From contig CALVSZ010000003.1 of the NCBI GenBank assembly GCA_944359705.1, positions 1-33,026 on the forward strand: a stretch of DNA of 33,026 bases, given 5' to 3'. Position 1 is the first letter of the stretch; the number at the start of each line of letters is the position of its first letter. The stretch comes from an uncultured Bacilli bacterium (GTDB taxonomy: Bacteria > Bacillota_I > Bacilli_A > RF39 > UBA660). Of the stretch, positions 1-9,081 are shown in pieces. A program made the translations under genes and the position numbers. The notes below the pieces were generated by a model, which had not been told where the DNA came from, searched no databases, and was given only the letters and a program-made list of their open reading frames with translations.

Positions 1-23
1 ATCTTATATACCTACTAAAGTCA

Positions 24-57
24 AAAAAAATATAAAATAGTATTTATGCTATTTTAT
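24..57 (-). terminator. Probable intrinsic terminator of the M14-like gene
   Basis: Inverted repeat ATAAAATAG (32-40) / CTATTTTAT (49-57) overlapping the stop codon, followed on the minus strand by a T run (24-30). Confidence 0.5.
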
Positions 58-1557
58 TTTTTTTATGTCTTGTTGATATTCGTGATTTAAAATATTAGTT
101 AAAGCCTTTACTAAATTGGTATTTTTTACAAATTGAATATGAGAGTTATCTATACATTTTTTATAACTTCCCAATATATCACTATATGGAGCAATAAATT
201 GTCCGTTGTCTATTGGTAAGTTAATTAAAAATACGGATGGATAAATACTTCCAATAGCACTAGTCCCATAATCAATAGAACCGCTTTCTCCTAATTCATA
301 TAAGGAATTTAGAGAAGAATTTAATTCACACGGAAAGTCTCCATGTATTTGTTTATTTATGTATATTTTATTATTAGATGCTTGATAACTAATTACTCCA
401 GCATAACAACCACTTTGATATAATCTAGCAATATAATTAAATAAACTTATATTTTCTATTTCAAAAACAAATTTACTTGGATTAATTGACGGAACACCAA
501 TTGGACCTGGCATGCTTTTTACTACTTTACTATTAATACCTTCTCCAAATAATACTTCTCCATTTAAAATACGTTCAAAATCAGGATTTTCTGGAGAATT
601 AAATGTTAAATTTACTCCACTTCCATTAGACTTCCACTCAATTATACTTTGAGGTTGATAATGATTATATTCACATATTTTTCTTACTGCCTCTCTTAAT
701 TTATGATGTTTTGAAGGAATTAATTGCCAAGATGCTTTATCAAATAAGTAATATCTAGAAGTACTCTTAGAATCATTATTATCAATATTATAAGACATTT
801 TATATAAAATACACTTATCTTGAAGCTCTGATATAGTCATATCACTATGAAAATAATAATCTAAAATAGATGTAGATATAATAAATCCTTCAGGATTATG
901 TAAAGGAAAGAAATCAATTGTAAAATAATCTAAATCAATATCAGAAAGATTTCCATTTGCTATTTCTTCCATAAGAGATAATACATAATCTACAGTAATT
1001 ATTTCATCTCCATTAGTTCCTCCGATTACTATTAAGTGCTTATTACCAGTACCAACACTATAATGTTCTACTTCATAACCATATCTAGTAGTAGCAATGT
1101 TCTTACACTTATTTATTTTGTTTTTAGCATTTCTATTATTTAGAATACGATTAATTCTTTCTTTATATCGATCATAATTTAAAATTTGCGTATCTTTTAA
1201 TTTATAATATTCTTCTAAAGAAATTTGATATTTATTTAATTTCTCTGCTATATTTTTACCGACATAACGAATTAAAAATTTATTATTTTCTTTTTTTATT
1301 ATAACAAAGCCATATTCTTCAAATAACTTACTTAAAAGATTATCAATAAAATCTCTATCTTTTTCTAAAGAAGTAATATCAATCATAAGATAATTTCCTT
1401 CTGTATCTAAATTATTAATTAAATTAATAGAAATATTCCTTAATAAAAGATAATTTTTTAATCTATCAAACTCACTTAACATTTGACTATGTAAAATTTC
1501 TTCTACTTCTTTTCTATCTTCTAAAGATAATTCTAAACTATAATTACTTTCATCCAT
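49..1557 (-). CDS. M14 zinc carboxypeptidase-fold protein (gamma-D-glutamyl-diamino acid endopeptidase-like), catalytic residues degenerate, with N-terminal extension
   Basis: VGTGNKHLIVIGGTNGDE (HxxE position), PLHNPEG (NPDG motif) and WKSNGSGVNL (WKAN..GVDLN motif). SD GAGGTGA upstream of ATG 1557. Confidence 0.7.
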   Translation of the reverse strand: MDESNYSLELSLEDRKEVEEILHSQMLSEFDRLKNYLLLRNISINLINNLDTEGNYLMIDITSLEKDRDFIDNLLSKLFEEYGFVIIKKENNKFLIRYVGKNIAEKLNKYQISLEEYYKLKDTQILNYDRYKERINRILNNRNAKNKINKCKNIATTRYGYEVEHYSVGTGNKHLIVIGGTNGDEIITVDYVLSLMEEIANGNLSDIDLDYFTIDFFPLHNPEGFIISTSILDYYFHSDMTISELQDKCILYKMSYNIDNNDSKSTSRYYLFDKASWQLIPSKHHKLREAVRKICEYNHYQPQSIIEWKSNGSGVNLTFNSPENPDFERILNGEVLFGEGINSKVVKSMPGPIGVPSINPSKFVFEIENISLFNYIARLYQSGCYAGVISYQASNNKIYINKQIHGDFPCELNSSLNSLYELGESGSIDYGTSAIGSIYPSVFLINLPIDNGQFIAPYSDILGSYKKCIDNSHIQFVKNTNLVKALTNILNHEYQQDIKKIK

Positions 1558-1576
1558 TTTCTCACCTCAATAAAAA

Positions 1577-2788
1577 TTAAAAATTGAGCATTAGCCATTC
1601 TGGTTTTAACAATAATAATATACCAATTAATAGTAAAATAATTCCTCCCAATATTTTAGATATTTTTCCATATTTAACTGATATTCCCGATACTTTCATA
1701 GTTGAGACTGCTATTATAAAAATAAGTAAGTCATCAATTAAGAAGAAGAAGATATAAACCATTATGTAAATAAAGTACTCTATTTTAGATAAATCATTAA
1801 TTACTAAAATTTGGGTAAACATAACAGGAAGTCCCGCAGAACAAGCAAGTTCAATTAAACTAACAGATATTGCTAAAGCAATAACCCCAATTAAAGATAA
1901 CCATATACTTTTTTCACTAGTAAATTTTTTTATTCGTTCCATAATTTTCTTTCGATCTTTTTTATCTGTAGCATTACAACCATTTTCACTTGTTTTAAAA
2001 GTTGTAATAATATTATATAGACCTCCAATTATAGCAATAAAGCCAATTACTGATCTTATTATATTTACTTTAGTAATTAGTACAGCTACATTTAACCATG
2101 CTAACATTATTAAAAAGTAAATTAAAGCTGAAGTAATCAAAAAGGTAGAACCTAAAATCCACATTTTCTTGCGATCTTTCATACTAATTAACATTGTAAT
2201 TAAAAATAATAAAATCCACATTGCACATGGATTAAATCCATCAATAAATCCCATAACTACTGCTATCATAGGAATAGTGAGTGTTTTGGTATTTACTTCT
2301 CCTATTATAGGAATATTAAAGCTATAATTACCATAATCTTCTAAGTATTCATCTATAGAAGTATCATAATCATTTATTTCATAAGTTGGCAATTCTTTAT
2401 TTAAATATTGTCCTACTTTATCAACATATCCATGTTTAGAATAATACTCAATACAGCCAATAATTGTCTTCTTACTATTTTCACCATATCCAATAAAAGT
2501 TTTTTCCCCAATAATTGTAAATGGAACACCTGATACATTTAAATCAAATAATGTTGCTACATTTTTAAAAATTTCACTATTATTATCTTCCGATAATTCG
2601 TATTTATAAATCCTTAAATTTTTATAATCATCTTTAATTGAATCAAGCATTTTTATTTCTTCTTCACAATGCGGACAAGTTTTCGAATAAAATAAATATA
2701 AATTTACTAAATTATCCTCTGCTTTTATATTACATATTGCTATCATAAATAAAAATAATGAAAATATTACATATTTAATTTTATTCAT
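1577..2788 (-). CDS. Exported glutaredoxin/thioredoxin domain fused to a CcdA/DsbD-like transmembrane redox domain
   Basis: N-terminal signal-like hydrophobic segment, CPHC motif and VSGVPF cis-Pro loop, then about 6 TM helices with DGFNPCAMW and ELACSAG cysteines. Start moved to ATG 2788 (SD AAGGTGAG), overlapping the upstream thioredoxin stop. Confidence 0.8.
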   Translation of the reverse strand: MNKIKYVIFSLFLFMIAICNIKAEDNLVNLYLFYSKTCPHCEEEIKMLDSIKDDYKNLRIYKYELSEDNNSEIFKNVATLFDLNVSGVPFTIIGEKTFIGYGENSKKTIIGCIEYYSKHGYVDKVGQYLNKELPTYEINDYDTSIDEYLEDYGNYSFNIPIIGEVNTKTLTIPMIAVVMGFIDGFNPCAMWILLFLITMLISMKDRKKMWILGSTFLITSALIYFLIMLAWLNVAVLITKVNIIRSVIGFIAIIGGLYNIITTFKTSENGCNATDKKDRKKIMERIKKFTSEKSIWLSLIGVIALAISVSLIELACSAGLPVMFTQILVINDLSKIEYFIYIMVYIFFFLIDDLLIFIIAVSTMKVSGISVKYGKISKILGGIILLLIGILLLLKPEWLMLNF

Positions 2789-3047
2789 CCAACTCACCTT
2801 CCACTATTTTTATTAATTCTTTCAAAGAAACTTCACCAATTACTCTCTTTACTTCTAAGCCATCATTATTTATGAATATTATAACAGGAAGAATAGATTC
2901 TACATTATATTTACTTACCATATCTTCATCTATATCATAATCATACTCTACGATATCTATATTGTACTTTCCTACAATCTTATTAATTCTAGAATTCATA
3001 ATTAAACAAGATGGGCACCATAAAGCACTAAACTTAATTATTCTCAT
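2781..3047 (-). CDS. Thioredoxin family protein
   Basis: 88 aa with FSALWCPSC active site and ESILPVIIF cis-Pro loop. Overlaps both neighbours. Confidence 0.88.
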   Translation of the reverse strand: MRIIKFSALWCPSCLIMNSRINKIVGKYNIDIVEYDYDIDEDMVSKYNVESILPVIIFINNDGLEVKRVIGEVSLKELIKIVEGELDE

Positions 3048-4179
3048 TATTACCTCTTTTAAGCATTAATTTATTATAACATTCATCAAATACTTTTAAG
3101 AATTCATCTACTTCTTCTTCAGTTGTTAAATATGATAAACTAACTCTAATAGTATTACTAGCTCTATTTTTATCTTTATAAATTGCATAAACTGAATTTG
3201 ACATAGATTCTGCACTTGAGCAAGCACTTTTAGTAGATACATATATTTGATGAGCATCTAAAGCATGGATAAACGTTTCTGGTTTTATTCCGATTAAACT
3301 AAAGTTAATAGTGTTACATACTGATTTATTTGTACTATTTATAAATACATTATCATACTTTTCTAACTTATTTATAATCTTTTTATTTAGTTTAGAAATA
3401 TATTCAATATTTTTATCTATATTAGGTATAATTAGTTCTAATGCTTTCATAATAGATGCATAAAGAGCTATGGCAGGAGTTCCAGCACGATATACTGTCG
3501 TAGATTTTCCACCATGAATAAGTGGCTCTATTACAATATTTTCTTTCTTTATAAGAAGAGCTACCCCCTTTAATCCATATATTTTATGCGCAGATACACT
3601 AGCTAAATCTATATTTTTAAAATCAACATTAATTTTTCCTACTGCTTGAGTACAATCGACATGTAAAAATGTCTTAGGGTTCTTTTTTACTATTTTAGCT
3701 ATTTCTTCAATTGGTTGAACTATTCCAAGTTCACTATCTACATAGGAAATACTAACTAAAATAGTATCATCTCTAATTAAACTTTTTAAATGATCTAAAT
3801 CGACCGTTCCATCACTTTTTAAATTAACAAAATCAACTTCAATTCCATGCTTAGTTAAGTAATTTAAAGGAGCAATTACTGATGAATGTTCAAGAGAAGT
3901 CGTAATAATATGCTTACCTCTATTTTTATATTTAAAACATATTCCCTTAATTGCAGTATTATTTGCTTCACTAGATGATGAAGTATATATAATTTCTGTC
4001 GGTTTTACTTTTAAAATATCACCTATTTTATTGGTAATATAATCTTCTAATTCTTTAGATTTTATTCCAAGGCTATGTAATGAATTACTATTTCCTGGGT
4101 AATCTAAACAAACTTTATTAAAAGTATCTAACACTCTTTTATCTACTGGCGTTGTTGCTGAATAATCTAAATATATCAT
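3034..4179 (-). CDS. iscS: Cysteine desulfurase (IscS/NifS group, PLP-dependent class V aminotransferase)
   Basis: MIYLDYSATTP start, LEHSSV, HVDCTQAVGK, SAHKIYG (PLP lysine), RAGT and STKSACSS (catalytic Cys). Confidence 0.9.
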   Translation of the reverse strand: MIYLDYSATTPVDKRVLDTFNKVCLDYPGNSNSLHSLGIKSKELEDYITNKIGDILKVKPTEIIYTSSSSEANNTAIKGICFKYKNRGKHIITTSLEHSSVIAPLNYLTKHGIEVDFVNLKSDGTVDLDHLKSLIRDDTILVSISYVDSELGIVQPIEEIAKIVKKNPKTFLHVDCTQAVGKINVDFKNIDLASVSAHKIYGLKGVALLIKKENIVIEPLIHGGKSTTVYRAGTPAIALYASIMKALELIIPNIDKNIEYISKLNKKIINKLEKYDNVFINSTNKSVCNTINFSLIGIKPETFIHALDAHQIYVSTKSACSSAESMSNSVYAIYKDKNRASNTIRVSLSYLTTEEEVDEFLKVFDECYNKLMLKRGNNENN

Positions 4180-4198
4180 TTAATCACTTCCTAAAGAT

Positions 4199-4227
4199 AT
4201 TTTATCATAAATATAAATTAAGGTCTA
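4199..4227 (-). promoter_or_regulatory. Putative sigmaA promoter of the iscS-trx-redox operon
   Basis: TAGACC-17 bp-TAAAAT with extended TGn -10. Confidence 0.45.
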
Positions 4228-4246
4228 TTATATACAAAAAATATTA

Positions 4247-4274
4247 AAAGAAAAGAAGAATTATTTTCCTCTTT
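4247..4274 (-). terminator. Possible intrinsic terminator after the HExxH gene
   Basis: Minus strand AGAGGAA-AATAA-TTCTTCT hairpin followed by TTTCTTTT. Confidence 0.4.
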
Positions 4275-4287
4275 ATATACTTAAAAA

Positions 4288-5178
4288 TTATAATTTTTGA
4301 TTTAATGAATTATATTCTAGCTCACTAATCGGTAATCCTAAAGATAACCTCTTCTCTAAAGAATATTTAGAATATACCGTCTTAGTTAGTTTCTTAACTT
4401 TTTTATTATAAAAATCTAAATCTTTCCAAACGTCCTCTAATTCAACTCCAAATAAAAATATTTGCGCAGGACAAATACCAATCTGCCAAGGATTAGGATA
4501 TCCATTTAATTTTTCTTTTAATAAAGTTAAATATTCGTGGTTATATAAGTTAGGCACTTGATCTCTTACTGGAGTTAATAAATTAACTATAGTTTTATAA
4601 GAATTAATTTGTGCTAATCTTTCTGAAGGATTAACTTTATAATATTGTTGGTATAAATTTTTATATTTAGATAGCAACGCAGATAAATCATTTTCATCTA
4701 TCTTTCCAGTACTAATTGCCTTAAAAATTTCCCAATTATTTAAAGACTTTTCTAATAAGAAAGAAGCATTTATTAATTTAAAATAAATTGAATTATCATG
4801 CCTATTATCGCATAGCTTATTCTGATATACATGTTCTAATTCATGTAAAATAATTTGAACTATTAATAAATTTTTAAACATAAGACGTTCAAGTGAATTA
4901 AATAGATAATAATATTGATAATGTTTACTTTTACTTTCTATAATTCTTTGAATACTCCCACTATGTATTGAAATATCCATTGATGTAAGATTATATTCAG
5001 CTCCTATTATACCATTACTACTTTTAATTAATTTATCTGTGATATTTACTCTTTGAATATAATTATAAAGTCTCTTTTCCAAAACGACAATTTCAACTAA
5101 TCTATCAATAAATGTTTTATCGATAATTTTCCCATTAATAGAATAATCATAAACAAGTTTGAAAATATAAAATTCCAT
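4288..5178 (-). CDS. Hypothetical protein with HExxH motif (putative zinc metallopeptidase)
   Basis: IILHELEHVYQ plus downstream PSERLA (ExxA third-ligand-like). Start probably ATG 5178, because SD AAGGTGA overlaps the GTG at 5187. Confidence 0.65.
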   Translation of the reverse strand: MEFYIFKLVYDYSINGKIIDKTFIDRLVEIVVLEKRLYNYIQRVNITDKLIKSSNGIIGAEYNLTSMDISIHSGSIQRIIESKSKHYQYYYLFNSLERLMFKNLLIVQIILHELEHVYQNKLCDNRHDNSIYFKLINASFLLEKSLNNWEIFKAISTGKIDENDLSALLSKYKNLYQQYYKVNPSERLAQINSYKTIVNLLTPVRDQVPNLYNHEYLTLLKEKLNGYPNPWQIGICPAQIFLFGVELEDVWKDLDFYNKKVKKLTKTVYSKYSLEKRLSLGLPISELEYNSLNQKL

Positions 5179-5196
5179 AAAATTCACCTTACATTA

Positions 5197-5697
5197 TTAA
5201 ACTAACACAAATGCATAAGACAAACTATTACCAATCATCATAGCGTTATCTTTTAGATAAATATTATATTCAAGCAATTCATAATCATCAATATTACTAT
5301 TATATAAAATATAGTAATTGTAATTAGAATCAGCATAATTATACAATGAGTCTAAATCATAAATTTTATTATTAAATAATATTTTTAATTCACTGTCTTT
5401 AACCGTAGAATCTCTATCTATTCGCAAATAAAGAGAATATTCACTACTTCTTTTACCACAATTAGATATCTCGATTTTATTACTAACTAAATTATTAATC
5501 GCATATTCATCAGTCATTGGGAACCATTTTTCTCCGTAATCAGTTAATTTAATAGCTAAATTATTATTTAAGGATTCAACAATTGATTTTTCTTTATTAT
5601 ATTTATCTTCTAAATTAGGGAAAACAAAAATAGCTACTAAAATTACCACTAAGCAAATAAAAATTTCATTAAATATTTTAAAAATTTCTTTATTCAT
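5197..5697 (-). CDS. Membrane-anchored/exported protein with a degenerate TasA/CalY-like beta domain
   Basis: N-terminal TM helix. The segment FPMTD..A ... IEISNCG ... YSLYL ... LKILF ... YILY ... YNIYL parallels the proteins at 6272-10379. Start ATG 5697 (SD AAGGG). Confidence 0.55.
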   Translation of the reverse strand: MNKEIFKIFNEIFICLVVILVAIFVFPNLEDKYNKEKSIVESLNNNLAIKLTDYGEKWFPMTDEYAINNLVSNKIEISNCGKRSSEYSLYLRIDRDSTVKDSELKILFNNKIYDLDSLYNYADSNYNYYILYNSNIDDYELLEYNIYLKDNAMMIGNSLSYAFVLV

Positions 5698-5719
5698 AAC
5701 CAAAACCCTTTTTTATATT

Positions 5720-6166
5720 TTAATTTATTTTTTTATTTTTTAATTTCTTTTCAAATATTTTTACTTCTTGATGATATAACAGTTGTTTTTTTACATCGTA
5801 GTATTTAGAAATTACTCCAACTCCTAATTCCTTTTCAATAAACGCTTTTGCTTTTTCTTTATTATAAACTAAACCAAGCCATTCATCATAAACGTAATCT
5901 CTATTTGTTAAATTAATTACGTCAGGAATAGTAATTGAGTCTGGCATTTCCTCTATAGTAAAAGCACTAAAACCTGCTAATCTAAAAAACAACTCTAAAT
6001 CACTTAAATTATGATTAACTATAAAATGAAATACTAAAAATGGCAAAGAATTAAAATTTCCTACTTTGTTATCTTTATTTTGAAAAACATATTTACTTGG
6101 TGCAATTAATTCACTCCAATTATCGCCATACATATCAAATCTAAAATAATTATCATTTTGAATCAT
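5720..6166 (-). CDS. Hypothetical protein (orphan, basic C-terminal tail)
   Basis: ORF with SD GGGGGG 6 nt before ATG 6166 and its own promoter. No recognisable motif. Confidence 0.65.
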   Translation of the reverse strand: MIQNDNYFRFDMYGDNWSELIAPSKYVFQNKDNKVGNFNSLPFLVFHFIVNHNLSDLELFFRLAGFSAFTIEEMPDSITIPDVINLTNRDYVYDEWLGLVYNKEKAKAFIEKELGVGVISKYYDVKKQLLYHQEVKIFEKKLKNKKIN

Positions 6167-6198
6167 CAAAATCCCCCCAGTACCATTAAGTGATTAAT

Positions 6199-6227
6199 AT
6201 ATTACCACAATTTATTATAATTGTCAA
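6199..6227 (-). promoter_or_regulatory. Putative sigmaA promoter
   Basis: TTGACA (6227-6222)-17 bp-TAATAT (6204-6199), with extended TGn. Confidence 0.65.
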
Positions 6228-6241
6228 ATTTACAAGCATAA

Positions 6242-6272
6242 TAAAAAGAATAATATAAAATTACTCTTTTAT
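6242..6272 (-). terminator. Probable intrinsic terminator after the repeat protein
   Basis: Minus strand AAAAGAGTAAT-TTTAT-ATTATTCTTTTT directly after the stop codon. Confidence 0.5.
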
Positions 6273-8371
6273 TAATTGTCCATCCATGCATAAGCTTTTA
6301 TTGTACCAATGAATGCACTATTTTGTTCATTATTAGTCATCTTTTCATAATCTAACCACATATTTAATGACACATTTACAGTACTTTTAGGAGATATTAT
6401 ACCCTCATACAAGATAAATGTTGGCCTTTCAATTTTTAATCCACCTTCTAAAATATCATCAATAGTCCAAATATTATTATCTAAATATTTAATACCATTG
6501 TTAACGTATTCTACATCTACTTGATATTTTACAAATTTACTACTTAATTTTTTAACATTGTATTTGTCATAATCTTCTGTTTCTTCAATTACTAAACGAT
6601 ATTTTAATTCTTTATCAGTAGGATTAGTAATCTTTATATTATTTTCAATTTCATTTTCTTCATCAACATCATCCATGTCCACTACTAATCCGGAATCAAT
6701 TTTATCTATATTACCGTCTTCATCATATTTTATATTATCTTTATCCACTATAACAGAACTGCCATCAGGATATTCTACTAATACTTTATCGTTTTCATAT
6801 TCAGTTAAATTTGTGCCGTCAGGTAAATTTTTCTCAGTAGTATCATTTATAGGATCATTTTTTATTTTTTCAATATTACCATCTTTATCATAAACAATAT
6901 CTTCTTCTCTAACTAAATAACGATCTCCATCAGGTTCACACACTTCAGTAATACCATTTTCAAATTTCGTAATTAAAGTACCATCAGGGAGTGTTTTACT
7001 AGTATCAACATCTGATGTAGTTCCATCTATCTTATTTATATTTCCCGATTCATCATACTTTATATCATTATAATCATCAACATATATTTTAGTACCATCA
7101 GGATAATCTATTACAGCTTCACCATTTTCATAAATAGTAATAATTTCCTTAGAAGGTAGAGTCGTTTGTTTTTCAATATCATCAGTTTTTCCAAAAATAT
7201 CTTTAATATTACCATTATCATCATACTTTATATTAGAATTTTCATCAATATATTCACTACTTCCATCAGGATATTTTATAACAGCACTTCCATCATCAAA
7301 GATTAAAACAGTATCACCGTCTGGAGTTTTCTTTTCATAAATTTTTCTTCCTATATCATCTTTAATTATTTCTTTAATAATATTCTCTTTATCATTTAAA
7401 GAAATATCACCAGAACGTCTTACCATTATAGTTTCATTAGTACTAGTAATTATCATTGCACTTCCATCACTATAATATTTTATAACTGTTTTATCAGATA
7501 ACTTTATTTCGTTAATTTTAAAAGCTGCATTATTATTAGGAAAAGATACATTTTTTCCATCTATATTTATATCTTCCTCATTTCTAACAATATACTCAGT
7601 ATTATTCATAACTACCAATATAGTACCATCACTATAATAAGTTATTTTAGTATTGCCTTTATTATCGTGTTCATATTCAAAACTAATTCCACTAGGATTT
7701 ATTTTTACTATGTACTCATTATCTTTAGATATTAAGATATTACTTCCATCACGCACTAATAAATCTTCACCTTTTCTTTTTACAATAGCACACCCATCAC
7801 TATAATAAGTAATAATCGTTCCATCTTTTAAATTTTTAGTTTCAAAAATACTTACTTTCAAAGTTTTAGCATTCTTATATATTTTACCATCATCACTAAC
7901 TCCATAAGCATCATCAACAGATGAAACTCTAGTTATTGTACCATCATTATAAATTATCATTGCACTTTTATCACTAAAGAATTTTATAATACCAAATTGG
8001 GTAGTTATTTCTTTTACTTCAAATATAACCCCATCTTTTAATCCTATATTTCCATATTTTTGATATAACTTATATTTAGCATTATTATCAGTAAAAGGTT
8101 TTCGATTATTAACACTAATATTAGAACTACCGCCATCAAAATCTAAGATTAACGAAGTTAACAAGTCATATGGATTAGATGAACGATTTAGAGAAGAAAT
8201 AGCAAGATTTAGCCCTAAAATTAATATTAAAAGAATAAATATTAATAGCAAAATTAACATCTTTCTATTTTTAAATAATAACCATTTTTTATCTTTTCTT
8301 TCTTCTTCTATGACTATTTTATTTTTATTAGTATCAAATTTTTTTACTTTAAATTCTTTTGGTCTTCCCAT
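6272..8371 (-). CDS. Large surface protein: N-terminal TM, about 8 beta-hairpin-rich repeats (about 55 aa), C-terminal TasA/CalY-like domain
   Basis: TM LILLLIFILLILILGL; repeats YYSDG[SCT] / YPDG[ST] / IKYDxxGNI; C-terminus IKITN..YRLVIEE..FVKYQV..ILYEG.I.PKST...LNMWLD..NNEQNS.F. SD GGTGA; 8 bp downstream of sipW. Confidence 0.75.
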   Translation of the reverse strand: MGRPKEFKVKKFDTNKNKIVIEEERKDKKWLLFKNRKMLILLLIFILLILILGLNLAISSLNRSSNPYDLLTSLILDFDGGSSNISVNNRKPFTDNNAKYKLYQKYGNIGLKDGVIFEVKEITTQFGIIKFFSDKSAMIIYNDGTITRVSSVDDAYGVSDDGKIYKNAKTLKVSIFETKNLKDGTIITYYSDGCAIVKRKGEDLLVRDGSNILISKDNEYIVKINPSGISFEYEHDNKGNTKITYYSDGTILVVMNNTEYIVRNEEDINIDGKNVSFPNNNAAFKINEIKLSDKTVIKYYSDGSAMIITSTNETIMVRRSGDISLNDKENIIKEIIKDDIGRKIYEKKTPDGDTVLIFDDGSAVIKYPDGSSEYIDENSNIKYDDNGNIKDIFGKTDDIEKQTTLPSKEIITIYENGEAVIDYPDGTKIYVDDYNDIKYDESGNINKIDGTTSDVDTSKTLPDGTLITKFENGITEVCEPDGDRYLVREEDIVYDKDGNIEKIKNDPINDTTEKNLPDGTNLTEYENDKVLVEYPDGSSVIVDKDNIKYDEDGNIDKIDSGLVVDMDDVDEENEIENNIKITNPTDKELKYRLVIEETEDYDKYNVKKLSSKFVKYQVDVEYVNNGIKYLDNNIWTIDDILEGGLKIERPTFILYEGIISPKSTVNVSLNMWLDYEKMTNNEQNSAFIGTIKAYAWMDN
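6690..8030 (-). repeat. Intragenic tandem protein repeat; last four units have a 165-168 bp period
   Basis: The Asn codons of the four (K/V)YDxxGNI motifs lie at 6710, 6875, 7040 and 7208 (spacing 165, 165, 168). Four more divergent [YF][YF]SD[GK] units precede them. Boundaries are approximate. Confidence 0.75.
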
Positions 8372-8379
8372 TTTATCAC

Positions 8380-9009
8380 CTAACTTTTAATAAGATTTGC
8401 CTTTTTACCAACTTTTTTAAACAATTTCATAATATCATAAGATATAATTGCTAAACATGGTAATAAAATTACATAAATCCATCCACTCATATCTACTAAA
8501 AACTCTTGTAGGAATCCTAATTTAGGGATTTTAAAGATGACTTTTCCAATAACATTATAACTTGGTGCTAAAGTAGCATCTGCTGTATTATTATTATCAC
8601 CCTTTGTTTGAAATTCAATTTCTCCAGTAGTAGGATCTGCATATACCTCATTAATTCTATGAGTCACAGTAATATCAGGAAGTCTAGGATCACTAGATAT
8701 AAAAGTTATAATATCACCTTTTTTTAATTCACTAGCATCTACTTTTTTAGTAATTACGACATCTTTAATTTGAATTTCTGGAAGCATGCTTCCCGTTTCG
8801 ACAACATAAGCATTTAGTTTAGGAGGCGTATAATCCCCTTTCATTGCTCTTATTTTTATATCTCCAACATATATTAACAATGCTCCACCAATTAATAATA
8901 ACCATATAAAAATGGCATAAGATATAACACTTAAAATAAATTTTAATGGGTTTTGTTTTTCTTTAACAACTTTAACTTTATAATGTTTAACTTTAAACTT
9001 TTTAGTCAT
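8380..9009 (-). CDS. sipW: Signal peptidase I, SipW/ER-type (S26B)
   Basis: VETGSMLP (catalytic Ser), VTHRI (His) and FQTKGDNN; TM helices at both ends. Confidence 0.88.
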   Translation of the reverse strand: MTKKFKVKHYKVKVVKEKQNPLKFILSVISYAIFIWLLLIGGALLIYVGDIKIRAMKGDYTPPKLNAYVVETGSMLPEIQIKDVVITKKVDASELKKGDIITFISSDPRLPDITVTHRINEVYADPTTGEIEFQTKGDNNNTADATLAPSYNVIGKVIFKIPKLGFLQEFLVDMSGWIYVILLPCLAIISYDIMKLFKKVGKKANLIKS

Positions 9010-9037
9010 AATGTCTCTCCCTTACTATTCTAAAATT

Positions 9038-9066
9038 ATTATACAATAAATATATTTAATATACAA
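9038..9066 (-). promoter_or_regulatory. Putative sigmaA promoter of sipW
   Basis: TTGTAT-17 bp-TATAAT. Confidence 0.55.
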
Positions 9067-9081
9067 GAAAAAAAAAGAAAA

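Noticed and set aside
6690..7260. Periodic DNA repeats as a possible CRISPR array
   Set aside because: The period of 165-168 bp is in frame, degenerate at synonymous sites and inside a CDS; no cas genes are present.
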